Below the pieces are notes generated by a model. That model had not been told where the DNA came from. It searched no databases and worked only from the letters and a program-made list of their open reading frames with translations. The position numbers and the translations under genes are program-made. Below are positions 39,469 to 52,060 of a stretch of 64,000 nt of DNA, one piece after another. How positions within the stretch are numbered: position 1 is the first letter of the stretch; each line of letters opens with the position of its first letter. The stretch is taken from positions 6,302,724 to 6,366,723 of the forward strand of contig MU054338.1 of NCBI GenBank assembly GCA_013239625.1. The letters are read 5' to 3'. Source of the DNA: Lama guanicoe (lineage: Eukaryota).

Positions 39469-42400
39469 TCAGGGCAGGGCAGTGCAGGCCAGCCAAGATG
39501 CTCAGACACCACTACGAACCAGCCATGAGGCCGGGCAAGGTGCCAGTGGAGACAGGGATCCTGCCCTACAAGTCACTCACAGACTGGGTGACAAGCCGTA
39601 TTCATGACTCGAAAGCAACACAGAGGATGCAGAACAGTCCCGAAAAGCAACATAAGTGCTGGGAAGAAGGAGATATCACATCTGTCCTGGCATGAGGGGC
39701 TGGAGAGAGAAAAGCTTTAGAGAAGATGAAATCCACAGACTGAGCTTTAAACACAAAAAACAATTTCAGAGAGAAGGGCAATGGGGGATGGCTAATCTTG
39801 CTGGTACTAATAACTATTCTGAAGCTACTATATTTGAAGAAGTTGGGTTTGTCAGGTCATGTAGGTCCTGAGAGATGCATGAAACAGAAGAGAAAGTCCA
39901 AAACGACATCCACTAACTAAGACTCAAATCCAGTGGAGGAAAGCTTGATTATCCAAGGGTCACTGTTGGCAAAGAAACCCAGCTCGGGGTGCCCGCCAAG
40001 ATGAACTCTCAACAACTCATAGATTTACACATAAAACATAAAACTAGAAATACTTGAAGAAAGCATGGGTGACTTTTCAAATTACTGTATTTGTGTTCCA
40101 ATCTTCTGAATGGAAATAAGAAAGTTACTGGTGACGACATTAGACGTGAGACTTAGGGGAAGAGGGGCAGAGAGACAGATTCCAGTACCATTCTGCAATG
40201 TTTTTAAGCATGAAAAACTGTTTTTAGGATAAAAATGCCAGTTTGAAGAAAAGAGCTACAATATTTAGACATAAGGGAATTGGAAGAGGAAGAGGGAAGG
40301 CGGTGGAATTCAAAAAGCCAGAACACGGGGCAGCCCACAGTACAGGTGTACAGATGGGAGTCGTGGGAAGCAGAGAACTTAGCCCTTAGTGGCCCACCCG
40401 TGGCGGGTGCTTAGTACAAATGTGGCTGTTGTTATTCACATAATTAAAGCTGGAAAGTGGATTGGGCATAGGTGGCAAAAGGCCTGAAGTCATGAACACA
40501 CGTATGAACCCCCTTTTCTTAGTGGGGGTCATTTGACATTTTGGGGGGTGGAGGGGGAATGGCACTGGCTGTTTCTTGTCAAGTCTTATGTGGACCTGAC
40601 TTTTTGTCCTCTCCGTGACTGTCATCATGGCCATTTCACAGATGAGGGAACTGAGGCACACCAAGGAGGGGCCCCTTGCCCAAGGTCTCGGAGAGGATCA
40701 GGAGAACCCAGATCTGTGGGAAGCCCAAACTCACAACTGCCTGGGTAACAGGGAGCAGACAGAAACAGCAGGGGTAGAGACAGTGTCTGCTTTGGCTTGT
40801 TTCCTTTGAAGGAGCAGGGGTCCTGAGTCTTTTGTAAGCCAAGAAAAAGGATCCAGTTGGAGGGATTTGGAAAGCCATGGGGTGGAGGAGGAAACAGAGA
40901 GAAAGCCTGAGGTTTTAAGTCAGGATGAAGCGTGCAAGGGAGCGGGGAGAGGATGAGTCATTGTTCTTGGAAACACACAGGGGGGCAGAGGAGGGAAGAC
41001 GAGCACAAGTGTGAGTGGAGGAAGGAAGCTGGGAGGGCCAGCACAGCCACCTACTCGGGGGGCAACGCTGAGCCCAGCTAGGGTCACTCGCGGTCTAAGA
41101 TGCTGGCCAAAGACAAGTGCAGGGAGCGCAGGGTTGGGGTGACTGTGGAGGGTATGGGGGTGAGGGGGGTCCTGCTTTCCTCTTCAGCACTGAGCCTTCC
41201 TGCCTAAACCTCCAAACATGGGCTCGCTCTTCAGCCCCTGATCCCCGCAGCCAAACGGAATTTTGGGTTTTGCCCCTGATCTTGCTCTATCCTGATCCAG
41301 GGCTACCCCTTGCTGCTCATGTCCCTGCAGAGAGGGGGGCAGGTGGAAACCAAGGTCAGACGATTTTCCCACACCTGGGATGTCACAGGCACCCCAGAAG
41401 CAAAAGAAATGACCTAAATGATGCTGGCAAGGCCCGAGGGCCAAAAAGGGCTTACACTGCGAGCAGATCCCAGACAGGAGGACAGGCAAAGGGAAACAGT
41501 CACAGAAGAAATGGCCTAAAGAACAAATAAAAACCTCACTGGACACTCAACACTGCGCCACCGTGACAAACGGGGATTGACCTAAGTGTCCAACAAATGG
41601 GGACTGAGTACTGGCCCATGCACCCCCATATGAAGGACCCCTCAGGACTTTTAAAGCCATTTTGAAGAGGGTTTGCCTCTCATGGGGATATATTCTGCTA
41701 AGTGAAATGGTAAAGCAGGTCACAAAGTGGCATGGCACTGGAGACGATGGTGTCCAAATCAGCTTTGTGAGCTGGCGCGAGGGATCTAGCCTCTCTGTGC
41801 CTCAGTCATTTCATCCATAAAACAGGGATAACAGAGCCACTGCTTTGGATCATTATCGGGATTAAACAGGTTCTTCCACGCCAAGAGCGCAGAACAGTGC
41901 CTGATATGTAATAGATACTTAGTGTTTGCTAGTCTCATCTTTTAAAAATAAAGTTCCTTAGGCTACTCCTGTCAGAAGGTCTGAACCTGAACCTGAGTCT
42001 AACTGGGCTCCCGTCTAGGTCTAATGTCCCCTCACAGGGAACTACAACTGGCCAGATCCTGAGTGTGCGACACGATCTGGTTTCTTCCACAAACAGGCCA
42101 TAAAGACAGAGCGGCTGGAGGGGGAGCTGTTTGCACAGAAACTTAAGTATTTATGTGCAAAACGATACGCTGCCTAGGATTCACCCGGGAAGGAGAGGAC
42201 ACCAGGAGCGGGTATGCCAGGGTGGGTGCGGTCAGGGATTGAGGATTAGCTGCGTGTGACAAGCAGGGAGGCTGGGCCAGGAGCTCCTCGCACTTTCCCT
42301 TCCACTTTCAAGACTGAGAATGTTCCTGACAGAGAGCAAGTACGAACGTTAATAAGAGTCAAAATCCCAGGAACTTCTGGGAAGGAGAGCCGCAGGGTAG

Positions 42401-42652
42401 TAACTAGGGGGAGAAGTCGGCTGTGGACAATTTCAGTTTCCTTTCTCTGGACACCTGTTTATGTTCCCAAGATGAGTAGCTGTTTGCCTGGCAACTGAAA
42501 AATGAATGTATACAAATTAGGAGAGACAGATACCTGTGTTCACTCGGGCAGAGAAAAGAGAAGGGCTGACAATGGAACGGAAAAACAGCTCCTTCTGGGC
42601 AACGGGGAAGGGATGTCACTGAGTGTATCTGTGAGCATTTGCTGAGGTTTCA

Positions 42653-42997
<345 letters not shown>

Positions 42998-43414
42998 TCA
43001 CCTGCCTGGACCCTAGTTTCCCTCAGGTCAAATGAAGACAGTAACACAACAGTCTAAGGGGGTGGTCCATGAGGATAAGCCTAGCACGGGGCAAACGTTC
43101 AACCAGGAAACGCGGACCACCACCGTCACTGGTACGATCAGCACCAGCATCTTGCTGCTGCAGCGTCAGAGAGAAACCTCATGGAACTTGAACCCCAGGT
43201 CAGAATCTCCATGCTGTGTTCTCTGGGTTGCGTGCAAAGTCCCAATGTAACGTGCAAACCCACGACGACTGTTTCTAGGGTAACTTCTCACCTGAATGGC
43301 CAAAATTCCACTCTGGAACCCATGGAATTCCTCCTCGCTGCAGTTTGCCCAGAATCAAGGGAACCCTGCCGATCAGCTGCCCCCACCGGTGCCTGAGGGG
43401 CCCTCTGTGCTAGC

Positions 43415-43461
43415 CGTGTGTGTGTGTGCGCGCGCGCGCGCGCGCGCGTGCATGCATGTGT
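43415..43461. repeat. Compound (TG)n(CG)10 alternating purine-pyrimidine tract
   Basis: 47 nt of unbroken Y/R alternation. Confidence 0.9.
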
Positions 43462-44300
43462 CAGTAAGTACATACGTACATACAGAGGGAAGCCTAGGGA
43501 GACCCCTGGTGGGTGCTAAGATGGGTGTTACAGGGGTGATGGCCATGGGCACTGGCATCACCTTTCTGGAGAGTAAAGGAGCCACCACCATGAATACCCA
43601 CAAAGTTTGTGCCAGGTGGGGAAGGGAGAGGCAGCTCGAAACAGAGAGATTTAACTGGGGAAGGGGTCTAGGGGTATCGACTCTATAGAAAATGTTCACC
43701 TCCCCTGTCCTTCCTCTTGGTCACCTGGCTCTAGCCACGCACTGGCCTCCCTGCTGTGTCCTGGGCACCCCAGGGTCAAAGTACACCCCGCTTCTTTAGC
43801 ACCCACTGTTCGTCTTGCTGAATTTTGCTTCTTTTCATCATTTTGGTCTTGTATAAAACCTCATATCTTCAGAGGCTCCTGACCCCCATCCCACCCTGGC
43901 CACCCTTAAAGGGTTCTCTTTTCTTCCAGTGCTGTCCACCACCTGAAGTTATCCCAATGGCTTATTTCCTTGCTGGATTCTGTCTCCTATACCAGAAGGG
44001 CCCCAGTCAATTCTGTCCCCAAGGTGGAAACAGAGCCTGGCACATAGCAGGTGCTTAACTGGCATTTACTAAAAGAATGGCCAGGGGAAAAGTTTGACCC
44101 AGAATGCCCTGAGCCAGAGATGCCACAGTCTCTACTACTCCCTACTGCCCCAACTTGCTCCATTACCTCATCATTCTTTCCCCTTCCCTGCCTGACCCCT
44201 GAGCAGTTATGGAGAGATCTCCAGTCCTCTCAGCATCTCTACAAGTTAGGATTGCTGTTCCCACTCCTGCAGGAGGGACCAAGCCTCAGGGAAACTTCTA

Positions 44301-44846
<546 letters not shown>

Positions 44847-45030
44847 TCAGAGCCGGGGGAGGGGAGGCACGCACAGCCCTGCAGGGACCTGGCCCCCTTC
44901 CCCAAGCACTGGGGGTCAGGCCTCAGGACTTCTCCGGCTGCTCCAACTGGATCCTGACTTTTGACCCAATAGCTCCTTGTAGGATCCCATCCTACAGACA
45001 CCCTCCCTGCGCTCTATTTCAGTGATACAG

Positions 45031-45152
45031 GTTTCTATTGGTGGGGGAATTAGGTGTTATTTATTTATTTAATGGAGGTACTGGGGATCAAACCCAGGAC
45101 TTTGTATATGCTAAGCACACACTCTACCAACTGAGCTATACCCCTCTGCCCA
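45031..45152 (-). mobile_element. tRNA-Ala-derived SINE (Vic-1 type), followed by an L1 3' end at about 45175-45300
   Basis: atggaggtactggggatcaaacccaggac...ctctaccaactgagctatacccc; then ttttaattgaagtatagctgatgtacaat. Confidence 0.8.
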
Positions 45153-46186
45153 TTTTTTTTTTTTAATGAAGTGACTCTTTTTTTTAATTGAAGTATAGCT
45201 GATGTACAATAGTACATAAGTTACAGGTGTACAACACAGTAATGCAGAGGTTATACTCCACAGTTATTTTCTGAGGTTATACTCCACAGTTATTATCAGT
45301 GACAGTTTTAAACCTGGACGTTTGCATTTGCAGATTGCAATTGCTCTCAATGGCTAAATAAACTGCAGCTTGTCGATTCAGCCAATACCAAGCAATTATT
45401 AAAAACAAAAAGATGACATTCTGGTAAGAAACACACTGAGATGCATTTATACAAAAAAGAGGCATCAACGATTTTTATTTTATGCTACGATGTGAGTAAA
45501 AGTGGTGGCCCACACAGAACTGCCTACTTATGCATCATGTATCATTTAAAGAACATAGAATATATCTGTAATATCGGGGGTAGGGTAGGTTTTTGCTTTT
45601 ATAACTTTTGAATATGAGCCAGGTATAGGCATCATTTATTCAAAAATTAAAAACATTTAAAAACTCATCACAGAGAACCCACAGTGAGGCGTTAAGAGCT
45701 GGCTGGAAGATTCACCAGATGCCATCTCAGTTAGCAATCCCTGCCACTGCGCCAGATTGTACACGGTTACAGGCTGCTTGTTCTGTTTAAATGATGCAGT
45801 TTTCAGATCAGGACCTTATGCAGAAAAATTTCTGGCTTTCTGGCTCCTTTTAAGGAACAAGAGGACTTGGCTGCCTTGGGCTGGCATCGCTGTGTGGCCA
45901 TCATTCACTTGGGAGCCAAGCCGCAGCTGCCTCTTTGAAAGGAACAGACCAGCTGCATTTTGCCCCTGTCCCCACCACTCCCTACAGTCCTGGCATGCTG
46001 TTTTCCTTCGAGCTGCGATCGATTTCTCAGTACCCTGTTCTGATCACAAATGGGAAGATACAGATCAAGAGGGCTGCCTGCTGGTGAAGGAAAACAGGAG
46101 GGGGCATATTCTTTGCGAGAGTGAGGCTGACCTGACCCATGACCACCCGGGACCTGCCCCCACGTGGCAGGCCCCTTGCTGCCTAC

Positions 46187-46336
46187 CATGTGGCGAGTAG
46201 ACCCGCAGGTTGATGGGTACTGGGGAGATGCCTTTGTTGGTCCCCGTGACCCTGTCGGTCTCCGTTTCGATCTCCTGTCGTACTTCATCAAAGTCTGTAA
46301 ACTTTTTGGACTTGCAGTGCAAAAACTCGGCATATT
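46187..46336 (-). CDS. DNM2: DNM2 exon 3
   Basis: tttcag|AATATGCC...CCACATG|gtaggc; [49 protein letters not shown]; 150 nt. Confidence 0.97.
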
Positions 46337-49300
46337 CTGAAAAGGGAGGAAAGATACTCAAAATGAGGAAGAGAAGCAGTCTCACTGTGGGTGGGGAGCA
46401 GACAGCCTGGGACATGTGCTTTGTCCAGCAGAGAAAATGAAGACTCAGTCCCAGGCCCTCTAGGAATGCGGGGAGCAACAGATTCATTCTCTCGGCAAGT
46501 ATCTGAAGGGGTCCTCCTGAGACCGAGCCCCCTTCTAGACCTTGGGGATTCCACAAGGTACAAAAACTGGCAAAAAACCATAATTCAGGGGAACGGACAT
46601 TCTCCTGAAGCATTCTGCAAAACTACATGTCATGACACATTATAAGTGAAACAATAAAACAAAACCACCACCAAGGTGGGTGTGACCAGCACTTACTCTT
46701 TTTTTTCCCCCTTTTTTCTTCATGAACGGAACACAAGAGAAATACAAGCATACATCACCCGGAGCGTGGTGATGTACGTTTGATGATGGTGATGGAGCAT
46801 CTCCCTCGCTGTGGATCAGTCAAGAGAGACACGAACCGCTGCCCTACTGGGACTCTGAGCCGCCAGCGCCCTCCAGTCTCACGAGCTCCCTGGCTTGTGT
46901 CCGTGGGACTCATTGTCCTCCTTCTCCAAGGCCCTCGTGCACGATGGGGAACAGGACGCCACTGCTGACCTGGCTAAAGCTCACCTCAGTCTCATGGGGC
47001 CCCCTTGACCTAGATGTGAACCCCTCAGGAGACATGTTTTCTGGCCTCTTCAGGGCTTCTGAGCCCAGGGTGTCGGAAAGCTGTCATTAACACTGAGATG
47101 AAGGGTAATTTTAAAAGTGACTAAAAGTTCTGGTCCTACCATTAAGCTAGAGAAATCCAAAGCACAGATACGGATAAAGCGGGAATTAAAAAACATTCAT
47201 CACAGGCGCTGAGTCTATAGGCGTTTATTGTATGATTCCTCGACTTATATAGGTTTGGATTTTCATAGTAAATATTGGAGAGGGGGGACCTTCTAGGCCC
47301 AGAGATCATGGCTTCTGTAGTGATGACAGAAAAAATGGAAGTCTCGCTGACCAACAGCCTAAAAACCTGGCCCACAGCAGAGACGTAGAGGTGTGCACTG
47401 CAGCTCTGTGTCTAAGAGTGAAATAGCCTCGATGTCCACCAGGAGGAGACCTGGCTACAGAAATCACAGCACAGATGAACCAGCTGCCTCCAAAGGATGC
47501 AGAAAGAGTCTGTGACAGGGAAAGGCCAGGCAGGACTAGAATCTCTACCCAGAGGATTTAACACAGCATAAAGAAATGAATGCAAGGAGGTTCGCCATCC
47601 CACCACCAGACCTTAACAAACTGTGGCCAATAGTCAGCCCTTGCTTCTGGTCAGGACCGGCACATGGTCCCCTTTGCACCTCACGAGTGAGCACCTTAGC
47701 AGGCAGGAATCTCCATAAAGCCCGTATCACAGATGAGGACACTGAGGTCAGAGAGTTTGTGAAGCGATCTGGCTCAAGGTCAATGGTGGGGCTGGGGTTT
47801 GGAATTCAGAGGTAATCTGTCTCCAGGAAGTGATTCTCAAGTCACATGGCCTTTGTGAAGCACAGGAAGGCTCTGCACCTCTCTGAACCTCCACTGCAGG
47901 GCTCAGGGGGACTCTGTGGGCTCAGGTCACTGAGGATCTTGTCTGATACGGGCACTGGCCACTCAGGAGCAGGGCAGTGAGGACACTGGCTGGAGGGTGC
48001 AGGATCAACCACCCCACTCCCATCAGCTGACCCAGTTCCCAAAGACAGTCATGCTCCAGCCCTCCACAGGGACAAGAGGAAATACTCAGCTGCTCTTCCT
48101 GCAGCAGTCACCAAAAATGGAACAGTCCCCCACCCCCCCAAAGCAAACATCAGCTTTCTTCCGGTTCAAGGCCCTGGGCTCAGCACTCGTAAGATACCAC
48201 CCTCCTTCCAGGACTGTAGGGGAATGTAGGATGAGACAGGGGCTGAGTACCAGGACACAGGCCCTGCCCCTCCAAACCTGCCAGGACTCACCTCCTCCTC
48301 CTCCAAGGCCAGCCTGCCTGTTGCCTCTTCCAGGGAGCCTTCACTGACTCCACACCACCTGGCACCCCATCCTACATTTTGGGCCTCCTGCCCTGTCAGA
48401 ACCAGACTACCCTGGCTCGTGTTTATGGGACGAGAACCTGCCAGCTGAGGCCTCCCAGAGCCCAGTGTGCTGGCAGCCTTCCCTTCTGCTAAGCCCTTTA
48501 TGCGAGTGAAAGATGTGCAGGAGACGGTGCTGTAAAGCCACGCCTTCTTCCCCAGAGGGTCAGTGGACAGCAGAAACCATACCCTCTGTGCCCAAGAGGA
48601 AGGTCCAGGAGCCAGCCAGGTCCACCCTCACCGCCTGCGGTCTTTACTGGGCTCTTCACTTTGGAAACGTGCTAGATTCCAGGGTCACATCAAGGTAAGA
48701 AAGCTTCCACCAACCATGCTTCCCCACCGCCCCCAAGAACTGACCCCCCTTAAAGCCAGACCTTGGCCTCCTCTACTTGAAACACTCCACAGCTCCCACC
48801 TCAACCCAGTAAAAGCCATGTGCCCAGGGCCCTGCAAAATTTCCTCCCCCTACCCCCAACTTTGGACCTCAGTTCACTCCCCTCCAGCTACACTGGCTCC
48901 CCTGGTTTCTCATACTCCCAGCCCCCTATTCCTGCCTCAGGGCCTTTGCACTGGCTCTCCCCTCTGACTACAGACACCCTTACGGCCCCTTCCCTCTCCT
49001 CCTCAGGTTTCTGCTTGAGTGTCACCTTCTCCTTCTCTGTGAGACCTGCCCTGACCCCTAAGTGAGATGACAAACCTCCTCAGTCTCTTTCCCCCCTCCC
49101 TTATGATATTCCAAGCACTCGCCACCTTCTAATATAGTTTACCTTATGATTCTGCGTATTTTCTCTGATCCCCATGAGAAGGTCCACCCTACGGGGCAGG
49201 GATCTGAATCTATGCTGTTTTGTGTTCCAGGGAGGGGCACAGTGAGCTCACAGTAGGTGCTTCATAGTTATGAGCACAACTGAATGGCTCTGCCGGCAAG

Positions 49301-50230
49301 GTAATACGGCTCCTACTTCAGCTTTTGAGGTGGCCCAGCACCCCCAAGGCCACCAAGCTGGATATGTGGGAGGCTGGACAGGAATAGGGTCTGGTGGGCA
49401 CACCTGTTGCCTTCCCCTCCCCACCTCCATCCCAAAGCACTTCCTGACAACACAGGCCCAGCCTGGAGCCGGGCTCTGAAGGGGAAGATGGACACAGCAC
49501 AAGCGAGGCACAGCAGGTGCCAGAGGTGCTCAGAAAAGAGACCTAACATACCAGGAAGCGGAAGGCGCCTCCTGGAGGGGTGGCCTGTCTGACTCAACCC
49601 TGGCACACCCCAATGTGACGGAGGCAGACAAGGGCAGGGGTGGGCAGTGGGCCTGTGCCTGCAATGACCACTCTGAAGTGGGGCCAGTGAACACACTTGC
49701 GGTACTTCTAGAAGGAGGTTCTGCCCTCCACCCAGGACTTGCTCCCTGCCTCCCTCAGGTCTCGGCTGAGGCCCCCGCTGAGCACATGGGCTTCAGCAGG
49801 GCCACCACCCAGCCCTGTCGCGGCTCTCCACACACCAACATACCATGTGCTCGTGTATCCCCTCCTAAAGGCAAAGTTAGTTGCAAGAGAAGGACTACAG
49901 GGGAATTGGTTTTGGTCTCTGCTCTCCCTGGTTGCCGCTTAATGAAACGGAATTATCAAGTGGCCTGCTACAAAGCATCAGGTGCTCAAGTCTAGGAGGA
50001 CACCCCCAACCCCGTGACTCCCACGTGGGTCCCCACGGTGCTCAACAGCCAAGCCCCCACCTCGAGCAACCCCCAAGCATGCTCTTCAAGAAGGGGCTCT
50101 CAGAAGGGAGGTGACAAGCGCAGGCCGCCACCTTCTGGGGGTTAGGGTGCTCAGGCACAAGGAAGCAGCCCCATGGCAGAGGCCACGGCTCCCTCAGCCT
50201 GACTTCTCATGGGGTCTCTGGGCCATCCTG

Positions 50231-50534
50231 GTTTTTGTTTTTGTTTTTATTGAAGTACTGTTGATTTACAACGATGTGTTAGTTTCTGGTGTACAGCAAA
50301 GTGATTCAGTCATATATCCATTCTTTTTCAGATTCTTTTCCATTACAGGTCATTACAAGAAATTGAATATAGTTCCCTGTGCAGGACTCTACTGTTTATC
50401 TACTTTATATATAGTAGTTAGTATCTGTTAATTTTCAGCTCCTAATTCACAAAACACAAACAGACTCACAGACATAGAAAGCAAACTTATGGTTACCAGA
50501 GCAAAAGGGTGGGGGGAGGGATAAATTCAGAGCT
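50231..50534. mobile_element. Short L1 3'-end insertion with internal inversion
   Basis: Antisense L1 3' terminus 50231-50447 joined to the sense-oriented adjacent upstream L1 segment 50448-50527; degenerate TSD. Confidence 0.75.
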
Positions 50535-51272
50535 TGGCCCTCCTGTTTTAAAGGAGCTCAAGGAGGCACAGTCAGCTCACCCTCCCTACCCGAAAGGCAG
50601 ACCAGGCCACGTGCCCCTTAGCATTTCTTAAGAATCACCAAGTATCAAGGTTCTGGTGGGACAACTTGCCTTCAGCCAGCCCTGCCCCTCAGGTGTGGAG
50701 AGGGCAAGTTGGGCACCACAGCATGATCTGGGGAGGGGACAGGAAGAGAGGGACATGGGAGTACCTAGCCATGCCCACAATGGAACAGGACAACACAGAA
50801 CCCAGCATTAAGGGTTATGTGATAAAGCAATCGAATTCCATAGTGCCTGGGCCACAGAGGGCGTGCAACTTCCGAGGCTGTCTGGGGTCTCAGTGCTTTG
50901 AATGAGGTTTGGGGAGGTTCTGCCCTGATCTCTGTGGACATATTCCATGCTTTATCCACTCTCAACCCAGCAAAGAACAGAAGACCCAGGGTGACCCCTG
51001 GCAGCGGAGATGGGGTCTGCCTTCTCCAATCTGTCGACAAATGTGCTGGTCTGGTCGATACGATCCAGGAGGACCAACCTGGGGCTCAAACACCCTTGGG
51101 AGACCCCGAGGACCACATAATCAAAGGGACCTGAACTTGAGGGACTTCCAGAGCTTTTAGTCGACCAGAAAGGGGGCAAAACATGTGGCATCTCTCATGT
51201 TTGAATCCGTTTGGTTCCCCAGATTTGAGACAATCCTTGAATACCTCCCATTCTAGGATGCCACCGGGAAGA

Positions 51273-52060
51273 TGTGACACTGCGATTTACAATAAGAAGT
51301 ATGTACCTGGTCTTCCCTCCATTTCTGACCCAGAGCTTCTAAAATCCTTGCAATGTTCCAGTGATAGGAGTGATAAAGGAGTCTTGATATTCACAGGCCC
51401 CTTTCAACCACACCTGAGTTTATGTTAGTGTGGTAACTTGGAAAGCACCTGAGGATGGGGGAGTTGGTTGTCAGGGAAACCAAGGATGTGATTAGAAGGC
51501 TGGAACTTTCAGTCCCTTGACCTTCGGGGCTAGAGGCTGAATCAAGCACTACAGTGAATGATTTAATCAACATTCCTACCTGATAAGGGCTCCATAAAAC
51601 TCCAAAAGGATGGGGTTCAGAGAACTTCTAGGTTGGTGAGCAGGTGCAGGGGCTGGGGAGAGCGGCGAGTTCAAAGAGGGCATGGAAGTTCCGCAGCCCT
51701 TTCCCTATGCATCTCTTCCATCTGGCTCTTCCTGAGTTACATACATTCTTTTATAATAAAACGGGAATCCGGGGGGTAAAAGGTTTCTCTGAGTTCTATG
51801 GGCCATCTAGAAAATTGATAGAACCCAAGAAGGGGCTCACAGGAACCTCTGATCGACAGCTGGTCGGTCAGAAGCACAAGTGACAGCCCTGGCATCTGAA
51901 GGAGGTAGGGGTACAGCCTGGTGGGACTGAGCCCTTAAGCTGCAGGATTTGATGCTGCCTCCAGGCAGGCAGTGTCAGAACTGAGTTAACTTGAAGGACC
52001 CCCAATCCGTGTCCACTGGGAATTGGAGACCTGCTGGGAGATGTGGGGAAAAACACACAC
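51273..52060. mobile_element. MER21-like ERV LTR
   Basis: Recalled MER21 phrases: ccacacctgagtttatgtta, gtgattagaaggctggaactttcag, ctgagttctatg, ggtcagaagcacaagtgaca, gtgggactgagcccttaa. Confidence 0.7.
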
